NCBI GenBank assembly: GCA_022796795.1
Contig: JAAWJI010000015.1
Coordinates: forward strand, 497-64,496
Length of the DNA stretch: 64,000 bases
Direction of reading: 5' to 3'
From: Lachnospiraceae bacterium
GTDB taxonomy: Bacteria; Bacillota; Clostridia; Lachnospirales; Lachnospiraceae
Positions 1 through 10,900 of the stretch are shown here, piece by piece (the stretch's first letter is position 1; each line of letters begins with the position of its first letter). The position numbers and the translations under genes were made by a program. The notes under the pieces were generated by a model. That model saw only the letters and a list, made by a program, of their open reading frames with translations. It had not been told where the DNA came from and ran no database searches.

Positions 1-706
1 GTCCATGGGTATTTACATATTCAGCTGGCCCATCCTTCGCAATGCATTGGTGGAGATGTCGGATCAGCAGAGCTGTGATTTCGGAAAGCATATTATTCCC
101 TACTGCCATGAAAACGGAAACAGGCTGTTTGCCTACGAATACAATGGCTACTGGAAAGATGTGGGAACCCTTGGCTCCTACTGGGAAGCAAATATGGAGC
201 TCATTGATATTATTCCCGAGTTCAATCTGTATGAGGAATTCTGGAAGATTTATACCAAAAGCGACGCGGTGCCTCCTCAGTATATTTCATCGGAATCCAA
301 AATCGAGCGCAGCATCATCAGCGGCGGCTCCAATATTTATGGAGAGGTGTACAATTCTGTCATTGGATCCGGAGTGACCATTGGGTCCGGCACTGTGGTG
401 CGGGATTCCATCATCATGAAAAATACAGAGATCGGCAATCACTGCATGATCAATAAAGCAATTATCGCGGAGGAAGTGGAGATTTCCGACGGCGTTGTCA
501 TGGGAGAGGGAGAGGAGGTTCCCAATCGGGTGCAGCCCAAGATCTATTCCTTTGGTCTGGTGACCATAGGGGAAGATTCCTATATTCCGCCTAATGTGCG
601 GATCGGCAAGAACACGGCGATCACAGGAAATACCACGCCGGAGGATTATCCAGGCGGCGTTCTGGGCAGCGGTGAATCTTTGATAAAGGCAGGTGACAGA
701 GAATGA
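1..706 (+). CDS. glgC: glucose-1-phosphate adenylyltransferase (ADP-glucose pyrophosphorylase), C-terminal ~234 aa; 5' end lies outside the window
   Basis: The ORF is open to the window edge in the frame of track ORF 5..706. It has the YEYNGYWKDVGTLGSYWEANMEL motif and a C-terminal hexapeptide (left-handed beta-helix) region typical of GlgC. Its stop overlaps the next start (ATGA at 703-706). Confidence 0.9.
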   Translation, partial: SMGIYIFSWPILRNALVEMSDQQSCDFGKHIIPYCHENGNRLFAYEYNGYWKDVGTLGSYWEANMELIDIIPEFNLYEEFWKIYTKSDAVPPQYISSESKIERSIISGGSNIYGEVYNSVIGSGVTIGSGTVVRDSIIMKNTEIGNHCMINKAIIAEEVEISDGVVMGEGEEVPNRVQPKIYSFGLVTIGEDSYIPPNVRIGKNTAITGNTTPEDYPGGVLGSGESLIKAGDRE

Positions 707-1821
707 GAGCGATTGGAATTATACTGGCAGGAGGAAGTAACCACAGGATGCGGGAGCTGTCACAGAAAAGAGCTGTAGCGGCCATGCCCGTGGCTGGAAG
801 TTACCGCAGCATTGACTTTGCTCTCAGCAATATGTCAAATTCACACATCCAGAAGGTGGCGGTACTGACCCAGTACAATGCCCGTTCCCTAAATGAGCAT
901 CTGAATTCCGCTAAATGGTGGGATTTCGGAAGAAAACAGGGAGGATTATATATTCTGACGCCCACCATCACCGCAGACAACAGCGTGTGGTACCGGGGTA
1001 CGGCGGATTCCATTTATCAGAATCTGGACTGGTTGAAACAGAGCCATGAGCCCTATGTGGTGTTGGCCTCCGGCGACGGCGTCTACAAGATGGATTACAA
1101 CCAGATTCTGGAATATCATATTGACAAAAAGGCAGACATTACAATAGTCTGCAAGGAAATGGCTCCGGGAACAGATGTGAGCCGTTTCGGCGTGGTGCGG
1201 CTGGCGGAGGACGGACGTCTGGAGGACTTTGAGGAGAAACCTATCGCTACTGACAAGACCATGATTTCCTGCGGAATTTATGTGATCCGCAGAAGACAGC
1301 TTATTGAGCTGATTGAAAAATGTGCCCAGGAAGAGCGCTACGATTTTGTACAGGATATCCTGATCCGCTACAGGAATCTGAAGCGCATTTATGGTTATGT
1401 GATGAAGGATTACTGGAGTAATATTTCCTCCGTGGAATCCTATTATCAGACCAATATGGATTTTCTGAGACGGGAGGTGCGCGATTATTTCACCAGGCAG
1501 TATCCGGATATTTATTCCAAGGTCCTGGATCTACCGCCGGCGAAATATAATCTTGGGGCAAATGTGAAGAATTCACTGGTATCCAGCGGATGCATTATCA
1601 ATGGTACAGTGGAGAATTCTGTAATCTTTAAGAAGGTATTCGTGGGCAACAATTGTGTGATTAAGAACTCCATTATTATGAATGATGTTTATCTGGGAGA
1701 TAACACGTACATTGAAAACTGCATCGTGGAAAGCCGTGACACGATCCGTGCCAACTCACGGTATGTGGGTGAGGACGGAATCAAAATCGTACTGGAAAAA
1801 AATGAGAGGTACGTGATCTAG
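703..1821 (+). CDS. glgD: glucose-1-phosphate adenylyltransferase subunit GlgD (regulatory paralogue)
   Basis: 372 aa nucleotidyltransferase-fold paralogue of GlgC (GIILAGGSNHRMRELS..., C-terminal beta-helix repeats). It is translationally coupled to glgC, as in Firmicutes glgCD operons. Confidence 0.85.
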   Translation: MRAIGIILAGGSNHRMRELSQKRAVAAMPVAGSYRSIDFALSNMSNSHIQKVAVLTQYNARSLNEHLNSAKWWDFGRKQGGLYILTPTITADNSVWYRGTADSIYQNLDWLKQSHEPYVVLASGDGVYKMDYNQILEYHIDKKADITIVCKEMAPGTDVSRFGVVRLAEDGRLEDFEEKPIATDKTMISCGIYVIRRRQLIELIEKCAQEERYDFVQDILIRYRNLKRIYGYVMKDYWSNISSVESYYQTNMDFLRREVRDYFTRQYPDIYSKVLDLPPAKYNLGANVKNSLVSSGCIINGTVENSVIFKKVFVGNNCVIKNSIIMNDVYLGDNTYIENCIVESRDTIRANSRYVGEDGIKIVLEKNERYVI

Positions 1822-1946
1822 TGCACAGATGTGGTGTCGTATTTACATTCCGGCAGGTGGATTTGCCAAGGTAAAAAGGACAGTGCATACGGACAAAAAG
1901 GGTGTCCGATTTTACGTCAAGAGAAGGCAGAAGGGAGAAGTGTTAC

Positions 1947-2222
1947 ATGCAGATTACAGATGTACGAGTGCGGAAGGTAGCAAAGGAAGGAAAAATGAAG
2001 GCAGTCGTATCCATCACCATCGACGATGAGTTTGTGGTTCATGACATTAAGGTGATTGAGGGCGAAAAAGGCCTGTTCATTGCTATGCCGAGCAGAAAGG
2101 CTTCAGATGGAGAATATCGGGATATTGCACATCCGATTAATTCGGGAACCCGAGAGCTGATCCAGGGTATTATTCTGGACAAATATGAAGCAGCTCTGCT
2201 TGAATCGGGTGAGGAAGCCTAG
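1947..2222 (+). CDS. spoVG: septation/sporulation regulator SpoVG
   Basis: [11 protein letters not shown]...[35 protein letters not shown] is a near-canonical SpoVG sequence. A purine-rich RBS (AAGGGAGAAG) lies just upstream of ATG 1947. The track start at 1902 adds a non-conserved extension. Confidence 0.95.
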   Translation: MQITDVRVRKVAKEGKMKAVVSITIDDEFVVHDIKVIEGEKGLFIAMPSRKASDGEYRDIAHPINSGTRELIQGIILDKYEAALLESGEEA

Positions 2223-2288
2223 GCGGACTTTTGCAGTCTGGGTGTTCATGTAAGAAAGTACTTTCGGGGTGATGTATGTATCAAAAAA

Positions 2289-2325
2289 GAAGCTCTGTGG
2301 TAGGACCGCAGAGCTTCTTTTTTTT
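2289..2325 (+). terminator. rho-independent terminator after spoVG
   Basis: A 12-bp stem (GAAGCTCTGTGG / CCGCAGAGCTTC, one G-U pair) with a 5-nt loop is followed by T8 and preceded by an A-run. Confidence 0.85.
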
Positions 2326-2387
2326 GTGGAAAATATACAAATATTGTTGAAAAAAATGGACAGGATAAACAAAGATAGAAAAAAGCG

Positions 2388-2415
2388 TTGACAAAAATCA
2401 ATACAATAGTACAAT
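2388..2415 (+). promoter_or_regulatory. sigma-A type promoter of the aldolase/TRAP operon
   Basis: TTGACA (2388-2393), a 16-nt spacer, then TACAAT (2410-2415). A perfect tandem 8-mer ACAATAGT ACAATAGT (2403-2418) overlaps the -10 element. Confidence 0.5.
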
Positions 2416-2461
2416 AGTAGTATAGCTGGATAGATTTAAAGACAGCGGAAAGGAGGAACGT

Positions 2462-3241
2462 ATGAAAAAGCTAAAACAGAAGCTTAGAGACAGAGAACGG
2501 ATATGCGGGATGCATGTTTGTCTGACAGAGCCAAGTATCAGTGAAATGTGCGGAGGGCTGGGATATGATTTTCTATGGATTGACACAGAGCATACAGCGA
2601 TAGATTATCAAACCCTGCTCTATCATTTAATGGGAGCGAAGGCTGGAGGGACGGAAACCTTGGTGCGCATTCCCTGGAACGATCCCATTATGGCAAAGCG
2701 CGTGCTGGAAATGGGACCTGATGGGATTATTATTCCTACGGTGAACACAGCGGAGGAGTTGGATGCAGCCATGAGGGCAACGCTGTATCCGCCCTATGGA
2801 ATCCGCGGATTTGGCCCCATACGGGCAGTGCGGTACGGATTGGAGGATGCGAATACTTATATTGAAGCCTCCCGGGAGGATATGGTGCGCTGCGTGCAGA
2901 TTGAGTCAAAACAGGCGGTGGAAAATCTTAGGGACATGGCCAAGAATCCCTATGTGGACTGCTTTATCTTTGGCCCCTGTGATTTATCTGGTTCCATTGG
3001 GGAGCTGAATCAGGTATTTCAGGAACACACAAGCAGCCTGATTGATGAGGCTGTGTCAATCCTTAAGGAGGCAGGAAAATCCATAGGAATTTCCACCGGA
3101 AGCAGTGATCCGGAAGTGCTCACCTATTGGCACGAAAAGGGAATCAATGTAATATCAGCAGGATCAGACTATGTACATATTATGGAAGGCGCACAAAGAG
3201 AGCTGAAAACCATACGGGAAATCCAGTGTGCCGGGGAATAA
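2462..3241 (+). CDS. HpcH/HpaI family aldolase (2-keto-3-deoxy sugar-acid aldolase type)
   Basis: 259 aa with family-typical DFLWIDTEH, VRIPWNDP and QIES motifs. An AGGAGG RBS lies 6 nt upstream. Confidence 0.85.
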   Translation: MKKLKQKLRDRERICGMHVCLTEPSISEMCGGLGYDFLWIDTEHTAIDYQTLLYHLMGAKAGGTETLVRIPWNDPIMAKRVLEMGPDGIIIPTVNTAEELDAAMRATLYPPYGIRGFGPIRAVRYGLEDANTYIEASREDMVRCVQIESKQAVENLRDMAKNPYVDCFIFGPCDLSGSIGELNQVFQEHTSSLIDEAVSILKEAGKSIGISTGSSDPEVLTYWHEKGINVISAGSDYVHIMEGAQRELKTIREIQCAGE

Positions 3242-3272
3242 AAATTACGGGAGAACCAAAGGAGGAACGGGT

Positions 3273-4379
3273 ATGAAAAAGAGAATGATTGCCATGCTGT
3301 TGGCTATGGCCATGACTATGGGGCTGGCGGCTTGTGGAAATAAGGATGCAGGAAACGCTTCCACAGCGGGAAATGAAACGGAACAAGCGGATCAGGCAGG
3401 CGGGGAGGAAAAGGAGGAATCCACGCCGGAGGAGAGCCCTTCATCTGAGATGGAACAGGTAAAGCTGGTATTTTCCACACAGGCGTCAGGCGATGTCAAT
3501 TATGTAAAGGCCATGCACAAGATTGCCGATGAGATTTCCGAAAAGACCAATGGAAACTTTACCATGGAGATTCACGAAAATGGCAGTCTGATGACCCAGG
3601 AGGGTGAGGTGGACGCCGTTGCCAGAGGCACCCTGGATATGATGTTCAGTTCTCCGTTCCTGATTTCCGATCAGCTGCCGTATTTGACCATGTTTACGGC
3701 TGCCTATATTTTCAAGGACGAGCCTCATATGAGAGCCGTCATGGACGGGGAGATTGGCCAGAAGGTCTCAGACGATGTGGCGGAAAAGCTGAATGTGCGC
3801 TGGCTGTCCGCATTGTACTGCGGAGCAAGACACCTGGATTTGGTGGATCTGGGGAAAGAGGTAAAAAAGCCTGAGGACTTAAACGGAGTAAACCTGCGGA
3901 TGCCCAATTCCTCTGCCTGGCTGTTTATGGGAAAAGCCCTGGGGGCAAATCCCACACCCATGGCCTTTGCGGAAATCTATCAGGGACTGCAGACGGGAGC
4001 TATTGAGGGACAGGAGAATCCGCTGCCCACAACCATTGCTCAGAAGTGGTATGAGGTAACGGATCAGATCGTATTGACCGGTCATGTCATTGAGCCCATG
4101 TGTATTGCGATCAATGAAGAGAAATGGCAGTCTCTGCCCAAGGAATACCAGGATATTTTGATGGAAGCCATAAGAACCGCTACGCTCTGGTGTGATGAGG
4201 CGAATATACAGCAGGAGCAGGAGGCCATAAGCTTCTTGAAGGAGCAGGGATTGACCATTACCGAGCCGGATTTGGATGCGTTTATGGAATATTCCGAGAA
4301 TTATTATCTGAATGACGGGGAAATGACGAAGGATTGGGACATGGACCTGTATGAGCAGATCAAAACCTTAGAATACTAA
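3273..4379 (+). CDS. TRAP transporter substrate-binding protein (DctP family), lipoprotein
   Basis: Signal peptide with lipobox LAACG and a low-complexity acidic linker, then a DctP-like body. RBS AAGGAGGAA lies before ATG 3273. The track start at 3228 overlaps the upstream gene and was rejected. Confidence 0.9.
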   Translation: MKKRMIAMLLAMAMTMGLAACGNKDAGNASTAGNETEQADQAGGEEKEESTPEESPSSEMEQVKLVFSTQASGDVNYVKAMHKIADEISEKTNGNFTMEIHENGSLMTQEGEVDAVARGTLDMMFSSPFLISDQLPYLTMFTAAYIFKDEPHMRAVMDGEIGQKVSDDVAEKLNVRWLSALYCGARHLDLVDLGKEVKKPEDLNGVNLRMPNSSAWLFMGKALGANPTPMAFAEIYQGLQTGAIEGQENPLPTTIAQKWYEVTDQIVLTGHVIEPMCIAINEEKWQSLPKEYQDILMEAIRTATLWCDEANIQQEQEAISFLKEQGLTITEPDLDAFMEYSENYYLNDGEMTKDWDMDLYEQIKTLEY

Positions 4380-4388
4380 GCAAACAGT

Positions 4389-4428
4389 AAGAGCTGTCTG
4401 GGGCATCTAAAAGCAAGAGACAGCTCTT
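4389..4428 (+). promoter_or_regulatory. intercistronic stem-loop between the TRAP binding-protein and permease genes
   Basis: An 11-bp perfect stem AAGAGCTGTCT / AGACAGCTCTT with an 18-nt loop and no U-tract. It resembles the mRNA-stabilising or attenuating hairpins often found after binding-protein genes. Confidence 0.5.
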
Positions 4429-4454
4429 GCAAAATTTAAAGTAGAGGTGACAGA

Positions 4455-4976
4455 GTGACAAGATTAAAAAAGGGATTTCGAATTGTAATGGATGTAATAG
4501 AACTGTATATTCCGGCTTGCTGGTTTATCCTTTTGTTTGTCGCATTCATCCTGCAGATTATTTCAAGATACCTTTTCAATAATCCTCTGGTGTGGCCTTA
4601 TGAGCTCGCTCAGATTTCCTATGTGTGGGTGATTACTCTGGGGTGTTGTTACGCACAGAGAACGGATGACAATATTGTATTTTCCATTGTCTATGAGATG
4701 GTAGGAGAAAAGACGCGGCGGGTATTCCGGATGCTGCAGGATATATTGATCGTGGGGTTGCTTGCCTATATGATACCGGCAGTGCTGAATTTTTACAAAT
4801 TTTATTTTACCAGGTACAGCGCCGTTTTTAAGATGCCTCTTGGTTTTGTATATCTGGGATTTTTTATCTTCCAGATTATTACCATCTGCCGCTACGGCCG
4901 GGATTTTGTCTGCTGTATCCAGGAGTGGAGGCAAAAGCCGGCGTGTGACAGGGAAGAAGGAGGTGAAGGGAAATGA
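4455..4976 (+). CDS. TRAP transporter small permease (DctQ family)
   Basis: 173 aa with 4 predicted TM helices and a GTG start preceded by GTAGAGGTGA. It sits between the DctP and DctM genes, and its stop overlaps the dctM-like start. Confidence 0.8.
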   Translation: MTRLKKGFRIVMDVIELYIPACWFILLFVAFILQIISRYLFNNPLVWPYELAQISYVWVITLGCCYAQRTDDNIVFSIVYEMVGEKTRRVFRMLQDILIVGLLAYMIPAVLNFYKFYFTRYSAVFKMPLGFVYLGFFIFQIITICRYGRDFVCCIQEWRQKPACDREEGGEGK

Positions 4977-6259
4977 GTCATGCAATGACTGCGGCAATCG
5001 TACTTTTGATCGTATGCTTTATCATACGCTTGCCTATTGCCATCGGTATGTTGATATCCTCCGGACTGTATCTGATTTTGACCGGAGCGGATGTAAGCCT
5101 TGTGGCGGAAATTTTTTCCAGTAAAATGTACAACAATTTTATTTTGCTGGCAGTGCCCTTATTTATCTTTGCGGCCAATATCATGAATTCCAGTAAGGTG
5201 ACAGACAAAATTTTTGATTTTGCCAAAGTACTTGTGGGCAGATGGAAAGGAGGGCTGGGCCATGTAAACGTCTTTGCGTCTTTGATTTTTTCCGGCATGA
5301 CTGGCTCTGCTGTGGCAGACGCCTCTGGTCTTGGGATTATGGAGATTGAGGCCATGGGCAAGGAGGGCTATGACGATGGCTTCAGTGCAGCGATCACGGC
5401 CAGCTCCGCGGTAATCGGCCCCATATTTCCGCCCAGCATCCCGCTGGTCATTTACGGAGTCATTGCAGGAGCCTCCATAGGAAACCTGTTTCTGGCCGGA
5501 ATGGTGCCGGGAGTACTTTTGGCAATAGCTCTGATGATCTATGTGGCAGTTGTGGCCCATAAACGGAAATATCCTGTGGGCGTTCGCTATACCATACATC
5601 AGTTCCTGCGCATGACCTTTAGCGCCATTCCGGCTCTGCTGACCCCAATCATTTTGCTAATGGGCATCTACACGGGAATTATGACCGCCACAGAAGCAGG
5701 AGCCGTAGCTGCCCTGTATGCGCTGATTATTTCTGTGTTTGCCTATCGCTCCATGACGCTGGGGGATTTCCTGGGAGTGCTGAAAAATACGGTGCGTTCC
5801 ACTGGCCAGATCGGCATCATGCTGGGAGCAGCCTATGTGTTTTCCTATATAATTGCCATTGAAAAGCTGCCGGAGCTGGCAGGAAATCTTATAACCACGG
5901 TGGCAACCAGCCGGATTACCTTCTTGATTTTCGTAAATATCGCCTTGTTTATTCTTGGGATGCTGCTGGATTCTGCTGTGTTGCAGTTGGTATTGCTGCC
6001 GATTTTGTGTCCCATAGCCCAGTCCTATGGAATTGATATGGTGCATTTTGGCGTGGTATTTACCCTGAACACCATGATTGGACTTTGTACGCCGCCCTTT
6101 GGAATGCTGCTGTTTATCGTAACAGGCATCAGCGGGGAAAAGATGAAGGTGGTTATACGAGAGATTATGCCTATGGTAGTCGTGATGATTATTGTGCTTT
6201 TGCTTGTCACCTTTGTTCCGGATGTGATTATGTGGCTGCCGCGGTTGTTTGGAAGATAA
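4973..6259 (+). CDS. TRAP transporter large permease (DctM family)
   Basis: 428 aa polytopic membrane protein with typical DctM length and sequence character. It has an ATGA overlap with the small permease gene. Confidence 0.9.
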   Translation: MSHAMTAAIVLLIVCFIIRLPIAIGMLISSGLYLILTGADVSLVAEIFSSKMYNNFILLAVPLFIFAANIMNSSKVTDKIFDFAKVLVGRWKGGLGHVNVFASLIFSGMTGSAVADASGLGIMEIEAMGKEGYDDGFSAAITASSAVIGPIFPPSIPLVIYGVIAGASIGNLFLAGMVPGVLLAIALMIYVAVVAHKRKYPVGVRYTIHQFLRMTFSAIPALLTPIILLMGIYTGIMTATEAGAVAALYALIISVFAYRSMTLGDFLGVLKNTVRSTGQIGIMLGAAYVFSYIIAIEKLPELAGNLITTVATSRITFLIFVNIALFILGMLLDSAVLQLVLLPILCPIAQSYGIDMVHFGVVFTLNTMIGLCTPPFGMLLFIVTGISGEKMKVVIREIMPMVVVMIIVLLLVTFVPDVIMWLPRLFGR

Positions 6260-6423
6260 AGGGAAAAGGTAGAGAAATAGAGAAAATAGTATTCTATTCC
6301 TTGAATCTTTTGGAAAATTATAATAGAATAAAATAAAACGGCTTTTGCTGTCGTGTATTTGTAGAAAAATGGGAAGGTGCATAAAGGCAAGTTAAACAAC
6401 AGCCAGGAAAAGATGGGAAAGAT

Positions 6424-7137
6424 ATGGTAGAGCAGGATTTAAGGGTTACGAAAAAAAATCTGTATGAGACAGTCGCGGATCAGATTGAGGACATGATATT
6501 AGACAATTCCCTTCGTCAGGGAGAAAGGCTCCCCAATGAGCAGGAGCTGGCTACAAGGTTCGGGATCAGCAGGAATATGATGAGGGAATCGTTAAAATTG
6601 CTGAAGGAGCGCCAGTTGATCGTACAGAGAAACGGGGACGGTACATATATTGCAAAGCCGGAGATGGACAGCGTCACAGAGGTTTTAAACCGGATGCTGC
6701 GCCTGAAGGACATCAGATATACGGATATTTTTAAGATGCGTTCCCTGCTGGAGCCCTATGCCTGTCATCTGGTGGCGTCCCGGGAATCCACTCCGGACCT
6801 GGATAAGCTGGAAGAGTATATTGAGGAAATGGTAAAGGCAAAGGACATCTGGGACAGACGGGCGGACTATGATATATTGTTCCATGTGCAGATCGCGGAG
6901 TGGACAGATAATCCGTTGCTGGTATGCTTTATTAAATCCATGGCAGATTTATGGAAGACCATTTTGGTAGGAGGAATTCAGACGCAGCAGGTAGGACATC
7001 AGGATGGAATTGAGTTCCACAGACGGATTTTGGCCTGCTTGCGGGAGAAGGATCCCCAGGCCGCGGAAGAAACCATGCGGGCGCATATTGAGCGGTCGGC
7101 TGTGCTGTGCCGGGATTACGATTCGGCCAGACGATAA
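6424..7137 (+). CDS. GntR family transcriptional regulator (FadR/FCD subfamily)
   Basis: N-terminal wHTH (LPNEQELATRFGISRNMMRESLKLLKERQLI) and a C-terminal all-helical FCD-like domain. Confidence 0.9.
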   Translation: MVEQDLRVTKKNLYETVADQIEDMILDNSLRQGERLPNEQELATRFGISRNMMRESLKLLKERQLIVQRNGDGTYIAKPEMDSVTEVLNRMLRLKDIRYTDIFKMRSLLEPYACHLVASRESTPDLDKLEEYIEEMVKAKDIWDRRADYDILFHVQIAEWTDNPLLVCFIKSMADLWKTILVGGIQTQQVGHQDGIEFHRRILACLREKDPQAAEETMRAHIERSAVLCRDYDSARR

Positions 7138-7369
7138 CAGCCTTTGTCTCTGCAATCTGTCCCGTGGGAAAGGCCCAAAAGTTGTAATTGAAAGAAACGA
7201 TCTGTTCAGCTGTCAGCTGCAAGAGAGGTTCATTTGCGGAACCCTGCCGGGGAATTTCGCATGATTTGCCTGTTTTGCAGATGATAGCTGAATTTTTTGA
7301 TGCCAATCATAAAAAAGTATGATACTATATAGAATGTAATTCCTATAATGAAGAGACGAAGGTGTAAAC

Positions 7370-7945
7370 ATGTATATTATTGCGGGATTGGGAAATCCTA
7401 CCAAAAAGTACGAACATACCCGGCATAATGTGGGGTTTGATGTGATGGAACGCATTGCCGGGAAATATAATATAGAGATGAATCAAAAGAAGCACAAGGC
7501 TGTCTGCGGGACCGGATATATCGGGGGACAGAAGGTGCTGCTCATGAAGCCCCAGACGTTTATGAATTTAAGCGGCACCAGCGTGAGGGAGGCCGTGGAA
7601 TTTTATAAATTGGATCCAGAGGAAGCTCTCATTGTGATTTACGACGATGTGAACCTGGAGCCGGGAAGCATACGGATCCGGAAAAAGGGAAGCGCTGGGG
7701 GCCACAACGGCATCAAAGATCTCATTGCCAATCTGGGAACCCAGGAATTTGCCAGGATCCGCGTAGGCGTGGGAGGAAAGCCAGAGGACTTTGATTTGGT
7801 GGATTATGTGCTGGGACATTTTGGGAAGGAAGACAGAGCCCTGGTGGAGGAAGCCATGGATCAGGCGGCAGCTGCCGTGGAAGACATGGTGCAGGGAAAT
7901 ACAGACAGGGCTATGAACTTATATAATAAGAAGGTAGAGCATTGA
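7370..7945 (+). CDS. pth: peptidyl-tRNA hydrolase
   Basis: MYIIAGLGNPTKKYEHTRHNVGF...GGHNGIKD motifs are canonical Pth. It lies immediately upstream of mfd, as in Bacillus and Clostridia. Confidence 0.95.
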   Translation: MYIIAGLGNPTKKYEHTRHNVGFDVMERIAGKYNIEMNQKKHKAVCGTGYIGGQKVLLMKPQTFMNLSGTSVREAVEFYKLDPEEALIVIYDDVNLEPGSIRIRKKGSAGGHNGIKDLIANLGTQEFARIRVGVGGKPEDFDLVDYVLGHFGKEDRALVEEAMDQAAAAVEDMVQGNTDRAMNLYNKKVEH

Positions 7946-7946
7946 T

Positions 7947-10900
7947 ATGAGAGCCTTTCTGGAACCGCTTGAGCAGCTGGGAGCCTTTTCAGAGCTTAGA
8001 GGACAGCTGAAAAAGGACAGAGGCGTCACCCAGCTGAGCGGGTGTGTGGAATCGCAAAAAGTGCATATGGCTTACGGGTTTGGGGCGGACTTTAAGAGGA
8101 GACTGATCCTGACCTACAGTGAGAAAAAAGCAAAGGAAATCTACGAGGAGTATCGGTTCTTTGACAACAAGGCCCTGCTCTATCCGGCCAAGGATTTTCT
8201 CTTTTTTCATGCGGATTTGCAGGGGAATTTGCTGGTGCAGCAGCGGATCCGAGCCATGCAGGCGCTTTTGACTCAGGAACAGGTGACTGTGATCACCACT
8301 ATGGACGGGTGCATGGACCGGCTTCTGCCCTTGGAAGAGATTCAGGGGCTGCTTTTGCATGTGGAAATAGGCAAAACCCTGCTGCTGGATGCCTGGGCGG
8401 CCAAGCTGGTCTTTTTGGGCTATGAGCGGGTAGGGCAGGTGGAGTCTCCCGGACAGTTTGCCGTCCGGGGCGGAATTCTGGATATTTTCCCCCTGACCGA
8501 GGAGGGACCGGTGCGGATTGAGCTGTGGGATGACGAGGTGGATTCCATACGCAGCTTTGACGTGGAAAGTCAGCGGTCCGTGGAGAATCTGCAGGATATC
8601 TGGATTTATCCGGCGGCGGAGCTGGCTGTGGGAAGGAAGCCGGAAAAGCTGGTGGGCTTTTTGGATTATTTCCCTGTGGAGGATTCCCTCATTATTCTGG
8701 ATGAGCCCAACCGGCTGGTAGAGTGGGGACAGGGAGTGGAAACAGAATTTCGGGAGAGCATGGCCAACCGGGCGGAGAAGGGAGAGGAGCTGCCGGCGGA
8801 GGCTCAGCTTTTCTGCGGCTTTGAGGAGGTACAGGCCAGGCTTAATGGCAGGATCTGCGTTTCTCTTTGTACCATGGAGCCCAGACAGGCCGGCTGGAAT
8901 GTGTGTCGAAAGGCCCAGGTGGCAGTAAAATCCATTAACCCCTATCACAACAGCTTTGAGCTGCTGGTAAAGGATTTGAAGCGGTGGAAGCGGGAAAAAT
9001 GCAGCGTGATTCTCCTGTGTTCCTCCCGGACCCGAGCCAGACGTCTGGCCTTAGACCTGCAGGAACAGGAGCTGAACAGCTTTTACACGGAGGATATGGA
9101 CCGGGTGGTGACCGGAGGCGAGATCATGGTGGTGCCGGGAACCCTGCATCAGGGCTATGAATATCCTCTGATCCGTTTTGTAGTGCTGTCGGAGACAGAT
9201 ATTTTTGGGAAAGAAAAGAAGAAGCGGAAGAAGCAGAAGGTTTACGAAGGACAAAAGATCCAGAGCTTTTCCCAGCTTCATGTGGGAGATTATGTGGTCC
9301 ATGAGAATCATGGACTGGGGATCTACCGGGGGCTGGAAAAGGTAGAGGTGGATAAGGTTCTCAAGGATTATATTAAGATTGAGTATGCCAACGGAGGAAA
9401 CCTGTATATTCTGGCAACCCAGCTGGAAATGATACAGAAATACGCGGGAGCCTCAGAGGGGCGTTCCCCCAAGCTTAACAAGCTGGGGGGAGCCGAGTGG
9501 AACCGGACCAAATCCAGGGTACGGGGAGCCGTCCAGGACATTGCCCGGGATCTGGTGGCGTTGTATGCGGCCAGACAGCAGAAAAACGGATTCGTTTACG
9601 GACCGGATACTGTGTGGCAGCGGGAGTTTGAGGAACTGTTTCCCTTTGAGGAGACAGAGGATCAGCTTTTGGCCATTGAGGCGGTCAAACAGGACATGGA
9701 GAGCGCGAAGATTATGGACCGGCTGGTCTGCGGGGACGTGGGCTATGGAAAGACAGAGATTGCGATCCGGGCTGCCTTTAAGGCGGTTCAGGAAAATAAG
9801 CAGGTGGTGTATCTGGTTCCCACTACCATTCTGGCTCAGCAGCACTACAGCACCTTTGCCCAGCGTATGAAGGAGTTTCCTGTGCGGGTGGATTTGCTGT
9901 CCCGGTTCCGGACTCCTGGAGAGCAGAAAAAGACCATACAGGATCTGAAAAAGGGATTTGTGGATATTATCATCGGCACCCACCGGGTGCTGTCCGCAGA
10001 TGTGGAATATAAGGATCTTGGCCTGCTGATTATTGATGAGGAACAGCGATTTGGCGTGGCCCACAAGGAGAAGATCAAAAAGCTTAAGGAAAATGTGGAT
10101 GTGCTGACCCTGACGGCCACGCCCATTCCCCGGACCTTGCATATGAGCCTCATTGGTATCCGGGACATGAGCGTGTTGGAGGAGGCGCCTCAGGACCGGG
10201 TGCCCATCCAGACCTATGTGATGGAGTATGACGACGAGATGGTCCGGGCAGCCATCAGCAGGGAGCTGTCCCGGGGCGGCCAGGTATATTACGTGTATAA
10301 CCGGGTAAACACCATAGTGGAAATTACCAATCATGTGGCCCAGCTGGTGCCGGAAGCCAATGTGGCCTTTGCTCATGGGCAGATGAAGGAGCATGAGCTG
10401 GAGCGCATTATGTATGACTTTATATCCGGGGAGATTGATGTGCTGGTGTCCACTACCATTATTGAGACCGGGCTGGATATCTCTAATGTGAATACCATGA
10501 TTATTCATGACGCGGACAACATGGGACTGTCCCAGCTCTATCAGCTGCGGGGACGGGTGGGACGCTCCAACCGGACGGCCTATGCCTTTCTCATGTACAA
10601 GCGCAATAAGCTTCTGCGTGAGGTGGCGGAGAAGCGCCTCAGCGCTATCCGGGAATTCACAGAGTTGGGCAGCGGTTTTAAAATCGCTATGCGGGATCTG
10701 GAGATCCGGGGAGCCGGAAACCTTTTGGGAGCCAGACAACACGGCCATATGCAGGACGTGGGCTATGACCTGTACTGCAAAATGCTCAATGAGGCGGTAA
10801 AGGAGCAGAAAGGCCTTCCGGTGGAGGAAAGCTTTGGCACCATGGTGGAATTAGATCTGGACGCCTATATTCCGGACACCTATGTGCGCAGCGAGGCTCA

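Noticed and set aside
1829-2029. Upstream ORFs or extensions overlapping spoVG (starts at 1829 and 1902)
   Set aside because: The SpoVG family N-terminus is MQITDVRV, with an RBS directly upstream of 1947. The extensions are not conserved in character.
7989-10748. 319-aa and 431-aa minus-strand ORFs inside mfd
   Set aside because: The Mfd helicase motifs on the plus strand are unambiguous. The antisense frames lack starts with an RBS and have low-complexity translations.
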